From positions 841,374 to 873,373 of the forward strand of contig CP023991.1 of assembly GCA_003516025.1 (NCBI GenBank): a stretch of 32,000 bases of DNA, read 5' to 3'. Position numbers and translations under genes: made by a program. Shown in pieces: positions 1-9,963 of this stretch. Position 1 is the first letter of the stretch. Every line of letters starts with the position of its first letter. The stretch comes from Candidatus Saccharimonadota bacterium. GTDB taxonomy: Bacteria > Patescibacteriota > Saccharimonadia > Saccharimonadales > UBA4665. The notes under the pieces were generated by a model. It was not told the origin of the DNA. It worked only from the letters and a program-made list of their open reading frames with translations, and made no database searches.

Positions 1-57
1 GGTGGTCGTCTTGCCAACGCCGCCCTTCTGATTTGCTACTGCGATAATACGCGTCAT
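1..57 (-). CDS. parA: ParA/Soj-family partition ATPase, first 19 codons only (gene continues off the left edge)
   Basis: The reverse complement of 1-57 reads ATG ACG CGT ATT ATC GCA GTA GCA AAT CAG AAG GGC GGC GTT GGC AAG ACG ACC ACC, which translates to MTRIIAVANQKGGVGKTTT. This is the deviant Walker A (KGGxGKT) N-terminus typical of ParA/Soj/MinD-type ATPases. It is too short to appear in the ORF track. Confidence 0.55.
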   Translation of the reverse strand, partial: MTRIIAVANQKGGVGKTTT

Positions 58-199
58 ATCTGTTTTCCTAGAATATTTCTTTTCTTGCATCAAGCGTATC
101 ATTTTACTGGCTGAAGGTAAACATAACGCTGACGCTTATCGAGCAATTAACCGGCACATCAAGCCACCTCTACCCCTCTATCATGATAGACGAAACGCT

Positions 200-3100
200 T
201 TAGAATTGCCGTATAGGCAGAATGTAAAAAGTACTGTTTTTACCGCCGTTAGACTCGCCGCCGCTGCTCAGGATCTGTATATAAGCATGCCCACCGTCAA
301 GCAGGTCAGAAGACGACCAGAAGTAGCCAAAAATACCGGTGGGAAAAGCAGTACTGAAGAAGCTGTTCCGTAGATATACTTGGGTTAATTCATCTTTACT
401 TGGCAAGAACCAGTCACTGTAGCCATTAAGCACGTAATCATCGGCTACTTTGGCTGCCGTACCGGCGTCAGCACAGCCAGTGACAATAGCAGCTGTATTT
501 TGCTTACCCGTGCCGATAGCGGTACCATTGGCGCCGGCGATATCAGTACTCGCACAACCCCACCTAGGCTTACTGGAATCGTAATTTGGAGCCGCCTCCA
601 GATAGCGCCAGCCATCGCTAAAGCTGCTTTTATCATAGACAATGATACCACCGGCTGGACCGGTATCACCGAGCGCATAGGTTTCCGCGCCACCCGTGCC
701 ACCTGAGCCGCCGGTAGATCCACCGCTGGAAGCGGTATCGCCACAGGTATCGAGCGGACTTAATCCGGCATTTTCCTGTAGCGTTTTACCACCGCGCAAC
801 CGGACATCAGGGGCAGGGTGACCCTGCTTATAGGTAATGGTCACATCCTGCAAACTGGCCAGGATGCTACTGGAGTCACTAAATACACCAGTCTGGGCGT
901 CATCCAGTTCAACGGATACCATCAGGTAGCGCACACTGGGCAGACTGCTGCTACAGGCCGTACTAGTAATCGCAGTTGAAACAGGATTAGATCCTAAAAT
1001 TCCGTCTGTACCCGCCACTCTCACCGATATGTCATTGTAGCCGTCACGCAGTGTGCCAGTATATGAGATGTTCGTGATATTTGCCGCCATCCCCAAGTCA
1101 ACAAGCTTAGAATACTTGCCCTCTCGGGAAATCATATTCAGCGGGGCGTATTGGACGTAGTTTTGATACGTCGTATCATATCCGCCGGTCGCGTAAAGAT
1201 AGCCTCTGTAAATAGCAACAGCATGTGTATCACGGCCAGTGGTTAAGCTCGTAGTAGTCGTCCAATCCCCGAGTGTGCCGTTGGCGTTGATGGGAGCGTA
1301 TTGGACGTCACTAAATTCTGTCGTGCCGTCCCATCCTCCCATCACATAGAGATAGCCGTTGTAAACGATGGAGGCATGTCCGTTTCTAGCAGTTGTGAAG
1401 CTGGTAGTGGCAGCCCAGGCGCCCACCGTGCCATTGGCGTTGATGGGAGCGTATTGGACGTCATTCAAACGTATATTGCTATATCCGCCGATGACATAAA
1501 TGTAGCCGTTGTAAACAACAGAGGTATGCGAAGACCGGCCTGTTGTGAAGCTAGTAGTGGCAGCCCAGGCGCCCACCGTGCCATTGGCGTTGATGGGAGC
1601 GTATTGGACATCATTCAGGTTAGAAGAGCCACTATATCCACCAAGAACATACAGATAGCCGTTGTAAACGACAGAGGTATGCGAATTTCTGGCGGTCGTG
1701 GAATTAGTAGTGGCAGCCCAGGCGCCCACCGTGCCATTGGCGTTGATGGGAGCGTATTGGACGTCATTCAGGTAGGTAGAGCCATTATGCCCTCCCATCA
1801 CATACAGATAGCCGTTGTAAACAATAGACGTATGCGCGTACCGGCTATTTGGGAAGCTGGTGGTGGCAGCCCAGGCGCCCACCGTGCCATTGGCGTTGAT
1901 GGGAGCGTATTGGACGTCATTCAGATATGCGTTACCGCTATAACCTCCAAGAACATACAGATAGCCGTTGTAGGCGACAGAGGTATGCGCGTACCGGCCT
2001 GTCGTGAAGCTGGTGTTAGTAGACCAGCCACCGACCGTCCCACTGCCACCATTATTAACGGCCGCGTACTGCGTAAGCCGCAGATTACCGCTCGTATTAT
2101 TTCCTCCTACTGCATAAATAAATCCCGCGTAAGCTGACGCTGCAACATCGGTAGCAGCCGAGCTTAAGCTTTGATTAATATTCCAATTGCTTATAGAACC
2201 GTCAGTACTAGGGCAGGCATACTGCACCATTGCTGACTGCACATAATTTGCTATTTGGCCTCCCACTTGATAAATACAACCGTTTACCGTTACGCCGGTA
2301 CCGCTTGTTATGGCCGTTGGCATAGCGGTAGTGGACTGCCATGCCGCCAGTGAACCATTGTTATTGATAGCCGCGTATTCGACATCTGCCCTGGCTACCG
2401 ATACGTCGTCATTAGCAAAGCCGCCATAGGCATAAATACGACCGTTGGTAATCGTTACATAGCGATCACGATAATTACTTATGAGCGAGCTTGTGGAGTT
2501 CCAGCTACCGACGGCTCCCGTACCGGCATTCAAAGAAGCGTAGTGGACTAACCTGTTGGATGCGCCGTTCAAACTGCTTCCAACTTCATATAAGTAGGCC
2601 GTACCGTTGCCAGCCGTATAGCTTACCGTAACGCGGCCCACGTTGCCCGATGGCAAAGTAGTACCGTTTGACCACGAAGAAGCTAGCGTACCATTACTAT
2701 TGATCTTCACATACCGTACGGTGCCGCTGTTACTTGAGGTACCCGTATACCCCCCCACTACATATAGGTAACCATTGGCAACAGTACATCCGGCGGAACC
2801 TTTTGCCTGCGGCAACGCGGTGACCGTACCGTACGTACCGATAGTACCGTCAGCGTTTATAGTTGCCCGGTATACGGTGGTTGTATTATTGCTGCCGCTG
2901 TCGCTCGTACTACCGCCAATTACATATATATAACCATTATAGGCGACACTGCATGGCAGAGCCCTGACAGCACCAATTTGTGACGTAGTACCGAAGGTAG
3001 TCGTCGCACCGGCCGGATCGATTTTGGCATACCGGACATCATTCGTAATTGCACCGCTACCTAATACGCCTCCGAACATATACAGGTAGCCATTATAGGC

Positions 3101-5023
3101 AGTAGACGAGAAGTCCTGACGGGCAGCCGGTAGGTTCGTCGTGCTCTGCCACGCTCCGATAGTACCGTTGGCATTTATTTGAGCGTATTGAACGCTATTT
3201 CTTAAAACATCGTTATTATCCTCGCCGCCGAGAATGTACAAGTAACCATTATAGACAGTGGCCGAGAACTCCTGAATACCAATTGATAAGCTTGTCGTGG
3301 CTTGCCAGGTACCTAGTGTGCCATCGGCATTGATGGGAGCGTATTGGACATCACTTCGCAAATTAGTACTATCCGAATCGCCAGCTATAATGTATACAAA
3401 GCCATTGCGCGCGGCGCTTTCAAAGTCTTGCCGGGCGGTCGCGAAGCTTGTCGTGGCTTGCCAGGTACCTAGCGTGCCATCGGCATTGATGGGAGCGTAT
3501 TGGACATCATTCTCAACGCCACCGCTTGTCTTGCCACCCATAATATACATATAGCCATCGTATGTAATGGCCGGAGCGCCTTGCCGGGCGGTCGCGAAGC
3601 TTGTCGTGGCTTGCCAGGTACCTAGCGTGCCATCGGCATTGATGGGAGCGTATTGGACATCATTCAAAAAACTTGAAGTACTCCGGCCACCAGCCAGAAT
3701 GTACATATAACCGTTATAGGCGAGAGTCGAATGACCGCTACGGGCGGTCGCGAAGCTTGTCGTGGCTTGCCAGGTACCTAGCGTGCCATCGGCATTGATG
3801 GGAGCGTATTGGACATCACTTGCATATTTACTACTAGTGCCGCCGCCGTTACTGCTAGTATAGCCACCAAGCATATACATATAGCCATTGTAAGCGACTG
3901 TAGTCTGGTCTACTCTTTCTGTAGAAAAAGCGTTCGTTGTGTTCCAAGCTCCGACGGAGCCGCCAGTTAGACCGCCACGAGTCACCTGTCCGCTTGCACT
4001 AAAGTCAATCATACCTTCGTTGTTACCACCGAGCTGGAAATCGCTCGTACTCGTGACAGTGACACTTGGGTCCACTGTTACCGGACCCTTGACCGATTTC
4101 ATGCCCTCAGCCACAACCGTTAAGCTGTCCTCGGTCAGCTCAAAGCGAGCGGTGGCAGAACCTGTGGAGCCGCCATCCGTTGCGTTAATAACCGGCGCCG
4201 GAATGCCAAAAACCAAGTATGTTTTATCTGCATTTTTACGGGCGATTTCCACGTTCTGGCGATCGGTATCCGAACCATAACTAATGTCGCCAAATAATGC
4301 CGGATCCGCGCTGTAGATGCCGACGGCTCCCCCGCTGCCTGGAACTGATTTAGCCTCTAATGAATCCGGCAATTGCAGCCTGTAGGAAAAGCGCATGGTA
4401 TCGCTGCCGGCTTTTGGAACGATAATGTCTTCTTTGAGGCCATTGTTCTTAAGGGTATATATTGCCTGCATACCGTCACTCATCGGGAATACAATATGCC
4501 CGTCAACCTGCTGCCCTACACTGGCTTTGAACTGAGGAATCAAACTGAAATCAAGGTTGGAATTGGTGTCGTGATAGGTCACACCCTTGCTCATATCCGT
4601 TGGTACATCAAGCGCGTATGTCGCGCTCCCCTTATCACCAGGAGTGCCGACTGATTGTCGCTGTAACTCGGGGGGCATATCGCTGCTTTTTACGGCATCC
4701 TTATTGAACTGGTACAGCTGTTGCTGCGCGTCATAGGTCAGTAATTTTGCGAGTTTGGCGTCGGTAGAACCGACCAGTTCATGCGTATCAGCAGACAGTT
4801 CATAGGCATTTTGGAGCAGCATCGACTGCATCACAGGCACTACCACAGAGAATACTAACAGCAGTGCGGTCAGGCCATTGCTAAGGCGCCAGCGTACACC
4901 GTAGCGTCTATCGTTTCTACGCCACCATGCCACCACGCAAATCCCGATATTCCGCAGATAGCCAGCAGTGCGGCGCAAAGCACCTCGTTTGTGATTTCTG
5001 TTACCGCGTAGTGACTGCCACAT
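200..5023 (-). CDS. Giant (1607 aa) membrane-anchored surface protein with about 18 Kelch-type beta-propeller blades and a C-terminal DUF1566/Lcl-like domain
   Basis: A single 4.8-kb ORF. It has a basic N-terminus followed by one hydrophobic helix (LTALLLVFSVVVPVM). About 18 repeats of roughly 50 aa carry the Kelch-like pattern YNGY[LMI]Y[VIM]xGG ... DVQYAPINA[ND]GT[VL]G[AT]W (DNA about 1150-3920). A Gly/Ser/Thr linker follows. The C-terminal 150 aa (DNA about 200-700) contains GWRYLEAAP...YSDWFLPSKDEL, resembling the DUF1566/Lcl C-terminal domain motif (W-x-LP-S/T-x-x-EL). The domain names come from motif recognition only. Confidence 0.8.
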   Translation of the reverse strand: MWQSLRGNRNHKRGALRRTAGYLRNIGICVVAWWRRNDRRYGVRWRLSNGLTALLLVFSVVVPVMQSMLLQNAYELSADTHELVGSTDAKLAKLLTYDAQQQLYQFNKDAVKSSDMPPELQRQSVGTPGDKGSATYALDVPTDMSKGVTYHDTNSNLDFSLIPQFKASVGQQVDGHIVFPMSDGMQAIYTLKNNGLKEDIIVPKAGSDTMRFSYRLQLPDSLEAKSVPGSGGAVGIYSADPALFGDISYGSDTDRQNVEIARKNADKTYLVFGIPAPVINATDGGSTGSATARFELTEDSLTVVAEGMKSVKGPVTVDPSVTVTSTSDFQLGGNNEGMIDFSASGQVTRGGLTGGSVGAWNTTNAFSTERVDQTTVAYNGYMYMLGGYTSSNGGGTSSKYASDVQYAPINADGTLGTWQATTSFATARSGHSTLAYNGYMYILAGGRSTSSFLNDVQYAPINADGTLGTWQATTSFATARQGAPAITYDGYMYIMGGKTSGGVENDVQYAPINADGTLGTWQATTSFATARQDFESAARNGFVYIIAGDSDSTNLRSDVQYAPINADGTLGTWQATTSLSIGIQEFSATVYNGYLYILGGEDNNDVLRNSVQYAQINANGTIGAWQSTTNLPAARQDFSSTAYNGYLYMFGGVLGSGAITNDVRYAKIDPAGATTTFGTTSQIGAVRALPCSVAYNGYIYVIGGSTSDSGSNNTTTVYRATINADGTIGTYGTVTALPQAKGSAGCTVANGYLYVVGGYTGTSSNSGTVRYVKINSNGTLASSWSNGTTLPSGNVGRVTVSYTAGNGTAYLYEVGSSLNGASNRLVHYASLNAGTGAVGSWNSTSSLISNYRDRYVTITNGRIYAYGGFANDDVSVARADVEYAAINNNGSLAAWQSTTAMPTAITSGTGVTVNGCIYQVGGQIANYVQSAMVQYACPSTDGSISNWNINQSLSSAATDVAASAYAGFIYAVGGNNTSGNLRLTQYAAVNNGGSGTVGGWSTNTSFTTGRYAHTSVAYNGYLYVLGGYSGNAYLNDVQYAPINANGTVGAWAATTSFPNSRYAHTSIVYNGYLYVMGGHNGSTYLNDVQYAPINANGTVGAWAATTNSTTARNSHTSVVYNGYLYVLGGYSGSSNLNDVQYAPINANGTVGAWAATTSFTTGRSSHTSVVYNGYIYVIGGYSNIRLNDVQYAPINANGTVGAWAATTSFTTARNGHASIVYNGYLYVMGGWDGTTEFSDVQYAPINANGTLGDWTTTTSLTTGRDTHAVAIYRGYLYATGGYDTTYQNYVQYAPLNMISREGKYSKLVDLGMAANITNISYTGTLRDGYNDISVRVAGTDGILGSNPVSTAITSTACSSSLPSVRYLMVSVELDDAQTGVFSDSSSILASLQDVTITYKQGHPAPDVRLRGGKTLQENAGLSPLDTCGDTASSGGSTGGSGGTGGAETYALGDTGPAGGIIVYDKSSFSDGWRYLEAAPNYDSSKPRWGCASTDIAGANGTAIGTGKQNTAAIVTGCADAGTAAKVADDYVLNGYSDWFLPSKDELTQVYLRNSFFSTAFPTGIFGYFWSSSDLLDGGHAYIQILSSGGESNGGKNSTFYILPIRQF
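1270..2010. repeat. Intragenic tandem repeat array A: 5 units of 150-153 bp (Kelch blades) with near-identical cores
   Basis: The string ttggcgttgatgggagcgtattggac starts at 1281, 1434, 1584, 1737 and 1890, giving spacings of 153, 150, 153 and 153 bp. Four units share a core of about 60 nt (gtggcagcccaggcgcccaccgtgccattggcgttgatgggagcgtattggacgtcattca) with 0-1 mismatches. Confidence 0.9.
3290..3840. repeat. Intragenic tandem repeat array B: 4 units of 153-156 bp (Kelch blades) with near-identical cores
   Basis: The string ccatcggcattgatgggagcgtattggacatca starts at 3321, 3477, 3630 and 3786, giving spacings of 156, 153 and 156 bp. Three units share an identical core of about 70 nt (gcgaagcttgtcgtggcttgccaggtacctagcgtgccatcggcattgatgggagcgtattggacatca). 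The 20-mer ttgatgggagcgtattggac is shared with array A, so it occurs 9 times in total. Confidence 0.9.
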
Positions 5024-5106
5024 TTTATATTTTTCTTTTAAGAAATAAGTTGTATTTTACCTACCTACTATAGCACATATAAGCATAGGCGGAAAATCTT
5101 AGCTTG

Positions 5107-8100
5107 CTACAGCATTGTCTTTGAGTAGTACATCGTAAGGTCACCGAGCTGGACATTCGCCCCGTTTTTCGCGCTCAGCCGTATTTTGAGCGTCAGATTA
5201 CTTGTCGAGTCATAAGCTCCAGTGAGCCCGGCAGTTGCAACATCACTCCACGCGGTGCTCATTCCGAGATTCTGGTAGTTATAGTTTGTGTCTACCTCTC
5301 CGTCGGTGTCCAGTATCTGGATGGCAATGGAACTATTAGCCGTACTGCTCGTCTTAGCCATCACTCGCAAGGCCGTTGCTTTAACTGTACTGAACGAAGC
5401 ACCACTTGGCACATGTATCCTCACCACTACGTCATAGCATTGCGCAGTAGTGCTGGAAGAGGTCCAGTTATAGAAACTGGTGTTATTAATACCGTCATAG
5501 CCGCTCGTCATCGTGCCATTGTTCGCGCTCACACAGGCGCTGTCACTCTGCGCGTCCAGTACGGCGCCTGCATACTCGGCTTGCAGCGCAATTTCGCCCG
5601 CACTCTGCGCGTTACCTTCCAGACTTACTCCGTACTCAGTAATAAGAACTCCGTTGGTAGCATCCCCTATTATTAGCCGGCCTCCATAAGATGTATCCAC
5701 CGTGAATATAGCGTTACTACTAGCATCCTGAACTTGAAACGCCGCTGCAGAGCTAACCAGTGACTTGACGACGGTTCCTATGGAAGCGTTATTGGTAAGA
5801 AGATTGATGCCACCCGTACCGGCTTGAATGTTAGTGAAACTTGCACCGTTTAACGAGCCAATATTTACTGCGGTCTTACCGGTACTCGTTGATTGGGTGG
5901 CAATATTAACTGTCTGCGTATTACCGGCAGCCGTAGTATTATTGCCAATTTCGACGGTGTTTGTTGCCGTGGATTGCCCAAGCGTAATAGTTCCCGTACC
6001 GCCAGTAGTGCCGAGCTTATAGTTTGATGTGGTGGCGCCTATAACCGTAAAGTCACCGCCAGAAGTACCGGCACCTACTTTGAGCGTAATGGAAGAACTG
6101 CTGTTAGTTGCTCCAATGATAATGTCCTGGTCTCCCGTGCCGGTACCGATATTTATGGCGTGAGCTGCCGCATTGGTACCGACGTTTATTATTGCCGCGT
6201 TAACCGTTCCCATGTTAAGAGTTCCACCAGCAGCGGTATCTAATGCCCCGGACGCGGTAATAGCGAGCAGTATGTTACCGCTTGAATCCTGGGCTTGCAA
6301 AATATTCGCTGTCTGGCCTGAAGCGCCTTGGATAATCATGCCAGCTACACCCGAAGCACTACCCACGACAGACAACTTGGCATTGGTGCCGGAACCTGGC
6401 GTTGTGGTAACGGTTGTGGTATTCAATAGTACGTTAACACTGTCGGTGTATGAGTGCGCTACAGCAATATCAATTTTTCCGTCAGCATTATAGTCGCGCA
6501 TCGCTAGACCATCAGGATGAGCATTAACAACGTAGGTGATAGGGGTACCAAAAACCGCCGAACCATTGTTTTCTAAGACAGACACTGTGTTAGTGCTCAC
6601 ATTAGTAACAATTATTTCGGCCTTGCCATCCCCTGTCAGATCGGTAGCAGATACCTTGCCAGTATTAGTAGCTGTATGATTCGCAGGCGCATAGAAAGTA
6701 CCAAAGCCATTATTTAAAAGTACAGCTACGGTATTATCGCCTGGCGTGTTGGCCGTTACGATATCCGTTTTATTATCACCGTTGAAGTCGCCCATTGCGA
6801 CATCTACCAAACTGCCTGAGCTCGTAACAGCATAACTACCCATAGCACTGAACCCACCACTGCCATTACCTGCCATAGTGAACAAATTATTGCCACTGTT
6901 ACTACCGGTATAAACCAAGTCAAGGTTGCCATCACTATTAATGTCCCCTGTCGTGACCCTGCCAGCTCCACTTGTACCTGAAATGCTTGTCCTGGCTGCG
7001 AAGGTGCCACTGCCATTGTTCTTAAGGATGTACATCACCGTATCAGCCACCACCAGATCTGCCTTACCGTCGTTAGTAAAATCTGCCGCTATCAAACCGG
7101 TAATATTGTTAGCCGTACCACCGGTGTAATCAACTTTAGCTGCGAGGGTGCCATTGCCATTATTGATAAAGACGGATATCAACCCGGTTGTCTTATTTGC
7201 AGTAGCAACATCTGCTTTACCGTCGCCGCTGAAATCTGCCGCTACAATTTCCGTCGGGCCACTTCCCGAACCGGTAGTGTAGTCAACTTTAGTAGCAAAG
7301 GTGCCGTCACCGTTGTTCATAAGTACCGATACGGTGTTAGCATTACGGTTAACCGTAGCCAGGTCAGGCTTACCATCGCCATTGAAGTCGGCTGAGTTAA
7401 TTTCAATAGCTGCGTCACCGGCTATGTAGTTAACTTTAGCATCGAAAGTAATTGGTCCAGTCGTTGTCACCGCGCCACTGCCAAACACACCGGCGCCAAC
7501 TATCAACCCAGTACCGATAGTACCGACGCCATCAATATTAAAGTTGGCATTCTGTATGGAAGTACCGTTATTTATGTAGTTACCGGATCCTCCGGTACCA
7601 CAATTACCACTGCTGAGACAAATAGTAGTAGATCCTAATGCTTGGCCGTTAATGGAAGTTATACTGGTTAAGTTACCCGCATTATCCAAGCGAATAGCGT
7701 CACCAGTTCGCAAGTTACTGCTGGTATTGATGTCCCCGGCGACATTTAATTTGTAACTACCCGTCGTCAGCGTGCCGATACCGACATTACCAGCTGATGG
7801 CTGCAAGATGACATCACCATTGGCAATGATTCGCATCGCATCGCGCGCGTTAGCATTGTCGTATATATAGAAAGTGTTATTACCCTGTTTACCAATCTGA
7901 TATTTAGTAGTTCCCGCATCCTGGATATTAATACCTGTTTGCTGGCTACCCTGCACATTGTTTATGTCTATGAATGCGACATTAGCTCCAGTACTTTGGA
8001 ACAAGGCCACTTGGGCGCCTGCTCTTTGTACAGTTAAGCCATAAGTCGTAGAAGCCACGCCAACGCTCAATGAGCTGGTTGCGTAAGCCGTTGTAGCTTG

Positions 8101-9963
8101 CAACGCGCCAGCGATACCGGTTCCGGTGATATTAAAGTGACCGGTTTGAGCAATGCCTGGCGTAGCGGCTTGTAAGTTTACAAAACTACCACCTGCGCCG
8201 CCAGCCGCACAAGTACCGCCAGTAACAATACCGCCCTGTACCACTTGGTTCGTAAGTACTTGGCCACCCGTACATGCCGTTGTCGCACCAATCGTTCCCC
8301 CGACGCGATATACGGTAGAGGCGTTAATATCCCCTGCTACATCAAGCGTGTAAGCAGGCGCGATGCTCTGGCCAATAGCGACCCGGAGGTTCTGCGCGTT
8401 ACCCGCCCCATCAGCTTCTCCATATACCGTTAACGCGTTAGCCGAACCAACCCGCAGTGAATAGCTTTGCTTAGCGCCCGCAGCAGCCGTGCTATCAATT
8501 CCCAAATCGACTAATGTCATCTGGCCACCGTTGGTCGGCAGAACAATACCACCGTCTACATTTAATGCGGCGCCAACTTGAATTTGGTTACTGCTATTTA
8601 CCTGGAACATATTAATATAACCAGTACCTAACGCATCGGCTGCGCTGATCCATTTGCCATTAGCTATAGTCAAAGCTCCGCCGGACTGCGGGTTTGCCGT
8701 ACCAAGACCTAACCCGCCCATCAGGTAGTTGATAGCGCCAGTGCCGGTTTGTTGCAAGCTGCCATTCATAGTGGCATTAAAGATATTCAATAAATTACCG
8801 CTGGAATCGAGGCGCTGTGTACCAGTGCCCGCACCAGTATTGAAACCGGTGGTTGTGTTGACCGTCGGTGCCGTAAGATTACCGTCTTTATCAAACTTAG
8901 CAAGTACATCTGTATTATCATTTTGCAGTTCCAATAAGTTACCAGTTTGGCTGGTTGTGCCACGAATAATCTGCGCTACATTGCCCGCAGCAGTCGACAC
9001 TACTGCGAGGTTAGTAGCGCTGGCTACGGTTCCACTCGTCTTGCCAATACGTACCGTTACACCGTTTGATCCAAGGTAAGATACGCCGTTAGGGGCTATG
9101 CGGAGGGCGTCGTTTCCATTTACGTCTTTTACCTGCAACACATCTGCAGTTTGTCCAGACATGGCCCGAAGAACTCCGGTGACGCTGCCAATAGCCGCAC
9201 TTTGTATATTAAAATTGGCAGTCTGCGGGCCACCTGTACTATTTTGAATATACCCATTGCTGCCAGTCGATGCCGCAAAACCACAGCTAGTGGAGTTTTG
9301 AACACATAATGTATACGTTCCTGCCGCACCCTGGTCAGCAATCTGGAATGACTGGTTTCCAACTGTCGGCTGCAAGATACTTAATGTGCTCGTAAATCCG
9401 GTTGTGCTGTTGTACTGCGCCAGCTGGCCTGCCCTGAACGCGTATGGCACGCCAGTCAGCTTCAGGCGTGGGTTCATTTCACCATCATATGTTGGCGTCG
9501 CGGTTGGAGTGGTTCCACCAATGTTCATAGTCAGCCACAAGTTCTGATCCCAGTTGATGCCCGAGAAAGCCGTCAGGCTTCCTAAGTTTGCGCTAATGTA
9601 GCCGTTAACTACTTTTACCCGGTTATCATTGCCGGTCGTAGCGCCGTTACTGTCATACCATGTCTCTGTCCACAGCAGTGTACCAGCATTAGCCGCACCC
9701 TGGCCAGCAGGTCCACCAGCAGTCCCGCCATCGTACAGTTTGAATTGGATGTTATAGAAACCATCCGGCACTACGGCGCCGCTGGCGGTTTGCAGGCGGG
9801 CCTGGAAGTTCAGCGTGTTATTCGTCGCCGTTAAGGCGGTCGCTGTTTGAGTTTGTAAAGCAAAGCTTCCAAGGAATATCGAAGCCATACTTAACACACT
9901 CACCATGATAGATATCAGGCTACGGGAGAACAGTACTCGTTTTTGAGGTGTTTGTTGGAACAT
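5107..9963 (-). CDS. Giant (1618 aa) secreted or anchored surface protein with a tail-fibre-like N-terminal domain, Gly/Thr/Asn-rich beta-rich regions and a 7-repeat FG-GAP/VCBS propeller
   Basis: A single 4.9-kb ORF with an N-terminal signal/anchor (LISIMVSVLSMASIFLGSFALQ). Seven repeats of the FG-GAP/VCBS type lie at DNA about 6450-7410: DFNGDGKPDLATVN, DFSGDGKADVATAN, DFTNDGKADLVVAD, DINSDGNLDLVYTG, DFNGDNKTDIVTAN, DLTGDGKAEIIVTN and DYNADGKIDIAVAH. The N-terminal segment (NFQARLQTASGAVVPDGFYNIQFKLYD...LWTETW...VPYAFRAGQL) resembles a domain common at the start of tail-fibre-like proteins. The function is inferred. Confidence 0.8.
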   Translation of the reverse strand: MFQQTPQKRVLFSRSLISIMVSVLSMASIFLGSFALQTQTATALTATNNTLNFQARLQTASGAVVPDGFYNIQFKLYDGGTAGGPAGQGAANAGTLLWTETWYDSNGATTGNDNRVKVVNGYISANLGSLTAFSGINWDQNLWLTMNIGGTTPTATPTYDGEMNPRLKLTGVPYAFRAGQLAQYNSTTGFTSTLSILQPTVGNQSFQIADQGAAGTYTLCVQNSTSCGFAASTGSNGYIQNSTGGPQTANFNIQSAAIGSVTGVLRAMSGQTADVLQVKDVNGNDALRIAPNGVSYLGSNGVTVRIGKTSGTVASATNLAVVSTAAGNVAQIIRGTTSQTGNLLELQNDNTDVLAKFDKDGNLTAPTVNTTTGFNTGAGTGTQRLDSSGNLLNIFNATMNGSLQQTGTGAINYLMGGLGLGTANPQSGGALTIANGKWISAADALGTGYINMFQVNSSNQIQVGAALNVDGGIVLPTNGGQMTLVDLGIDSTAAAGAKQSYSLRVGSANALTVYGEADGAGNAQNLRVAIGQSIAPAYTLDVAGDINASTVYRVGGTIGATTACTGGQVLTNQVVQGGIVTGGTCAAGGAGGSFVNLQAATPGIAQTGHFNITGTGIAGALQATTAYATSSLSVGVASTTYGLTVQRAGAQVALFQSTGANVAFIDINNVQGSQQTGINIQDAGTTKYQIGKQGNNTFYIYDNANARDAMRIIANGDVILQPSAGNVGIGTLTTGSYKLNVAGDINTSSNLRTGDAIRLDNAGNLTSITSINGQALGSTTICLSSGNCGTGGSGNYINNGTSIQNANFNIDGVGTIGTGLIVGAGVFGSGAVTTTGPITFDAKVNYIAGDAAIEINSADFNGDGKPDLATVNRNANTVSVLMNNGDGTFATKVDYTTGSGSGPTEIVAADFSGDGKADVATANKTTGLISVFINNGNGTLAAKVDYTGGTANNITGLIAADFTNDGKADLVVADTVMYILKNNGSGTFAARTSISGTSGAGRVTTGDINSDGNLDLVYTGSNSGNNLFTMAGNGSGGFSAMGSYAVTSSGSLVDVAMGDFNGDNKTDIVTANTPGDNTVAVLLNNGFGTFYAPANHTATNTGKVSATDLTGDGKAEIIVTNVSTNTVSVLENNGSAVFGTPITYVVNAHPDGLAMRDYNADGKIDIAVAHSYTDSVNVLLNTTTVTTTPGSGTNAKLSVVGSASGVAGMIIQGASGQTANILQAQDSSGNILLAITASGALDTAAGGTLNMGTVNAAIINVGTNAAAHAINIGTGTGDQDIIIGATNSSSSITLKVGAGTSGGDFTVIGATTSNYKLGTTGGTGTITLGQSTATNTVEIGNNTTAAGNTQTVNIATQSTSTGKTAVNIGSLNGASFTNIQAGTGGINLLTNNASIGTVVKSLVSSAAAFQVQDASSNAIFTVDTSYGGRLIIGDATNGVLITEYGVSLEGNAQSAGEIALQAEYAGAVLDAQSDSACVSANNGTMTSGYDGINNTSFYNWTSSSTTAQCYDVVVRIHVPSGASFSTVKATALRVMAKTSSTANSSIAIQILDTDGEVDTNYNYQNLGMSTAWSDVATAGLTGAYDSTSNLTLKIRLSAKNGANVQLGDLTMYYSKTML

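Noticed and set aside
177-190. A perfect 14-bp palindrome, tctatcatgataga, between the giant gene stop and the parA start. It was considered as a parS-like or operator site.
   Set aside because: It does not resemble the parS consensus (TGTTNCACGTGAAACA). A few perfect 14-bp palindromes are expected by chance in 32 kb, and there is no supporting context.
1301-2137. A 278-aa plus-strand ORF with its own internal repeats (…SSGSPGAHRAIGVDGSVLDVIQ…). Similar antisense ORFs lie at 3297-3554, 3939-4280, 5828-6493 and 8729-9079.
   Set aside because: They lie antisense to the giant repeat-rich genes. Their repeat structure is just the mirror of the Kelch repeats on the minus strand. They have no start context or independent coding signal.
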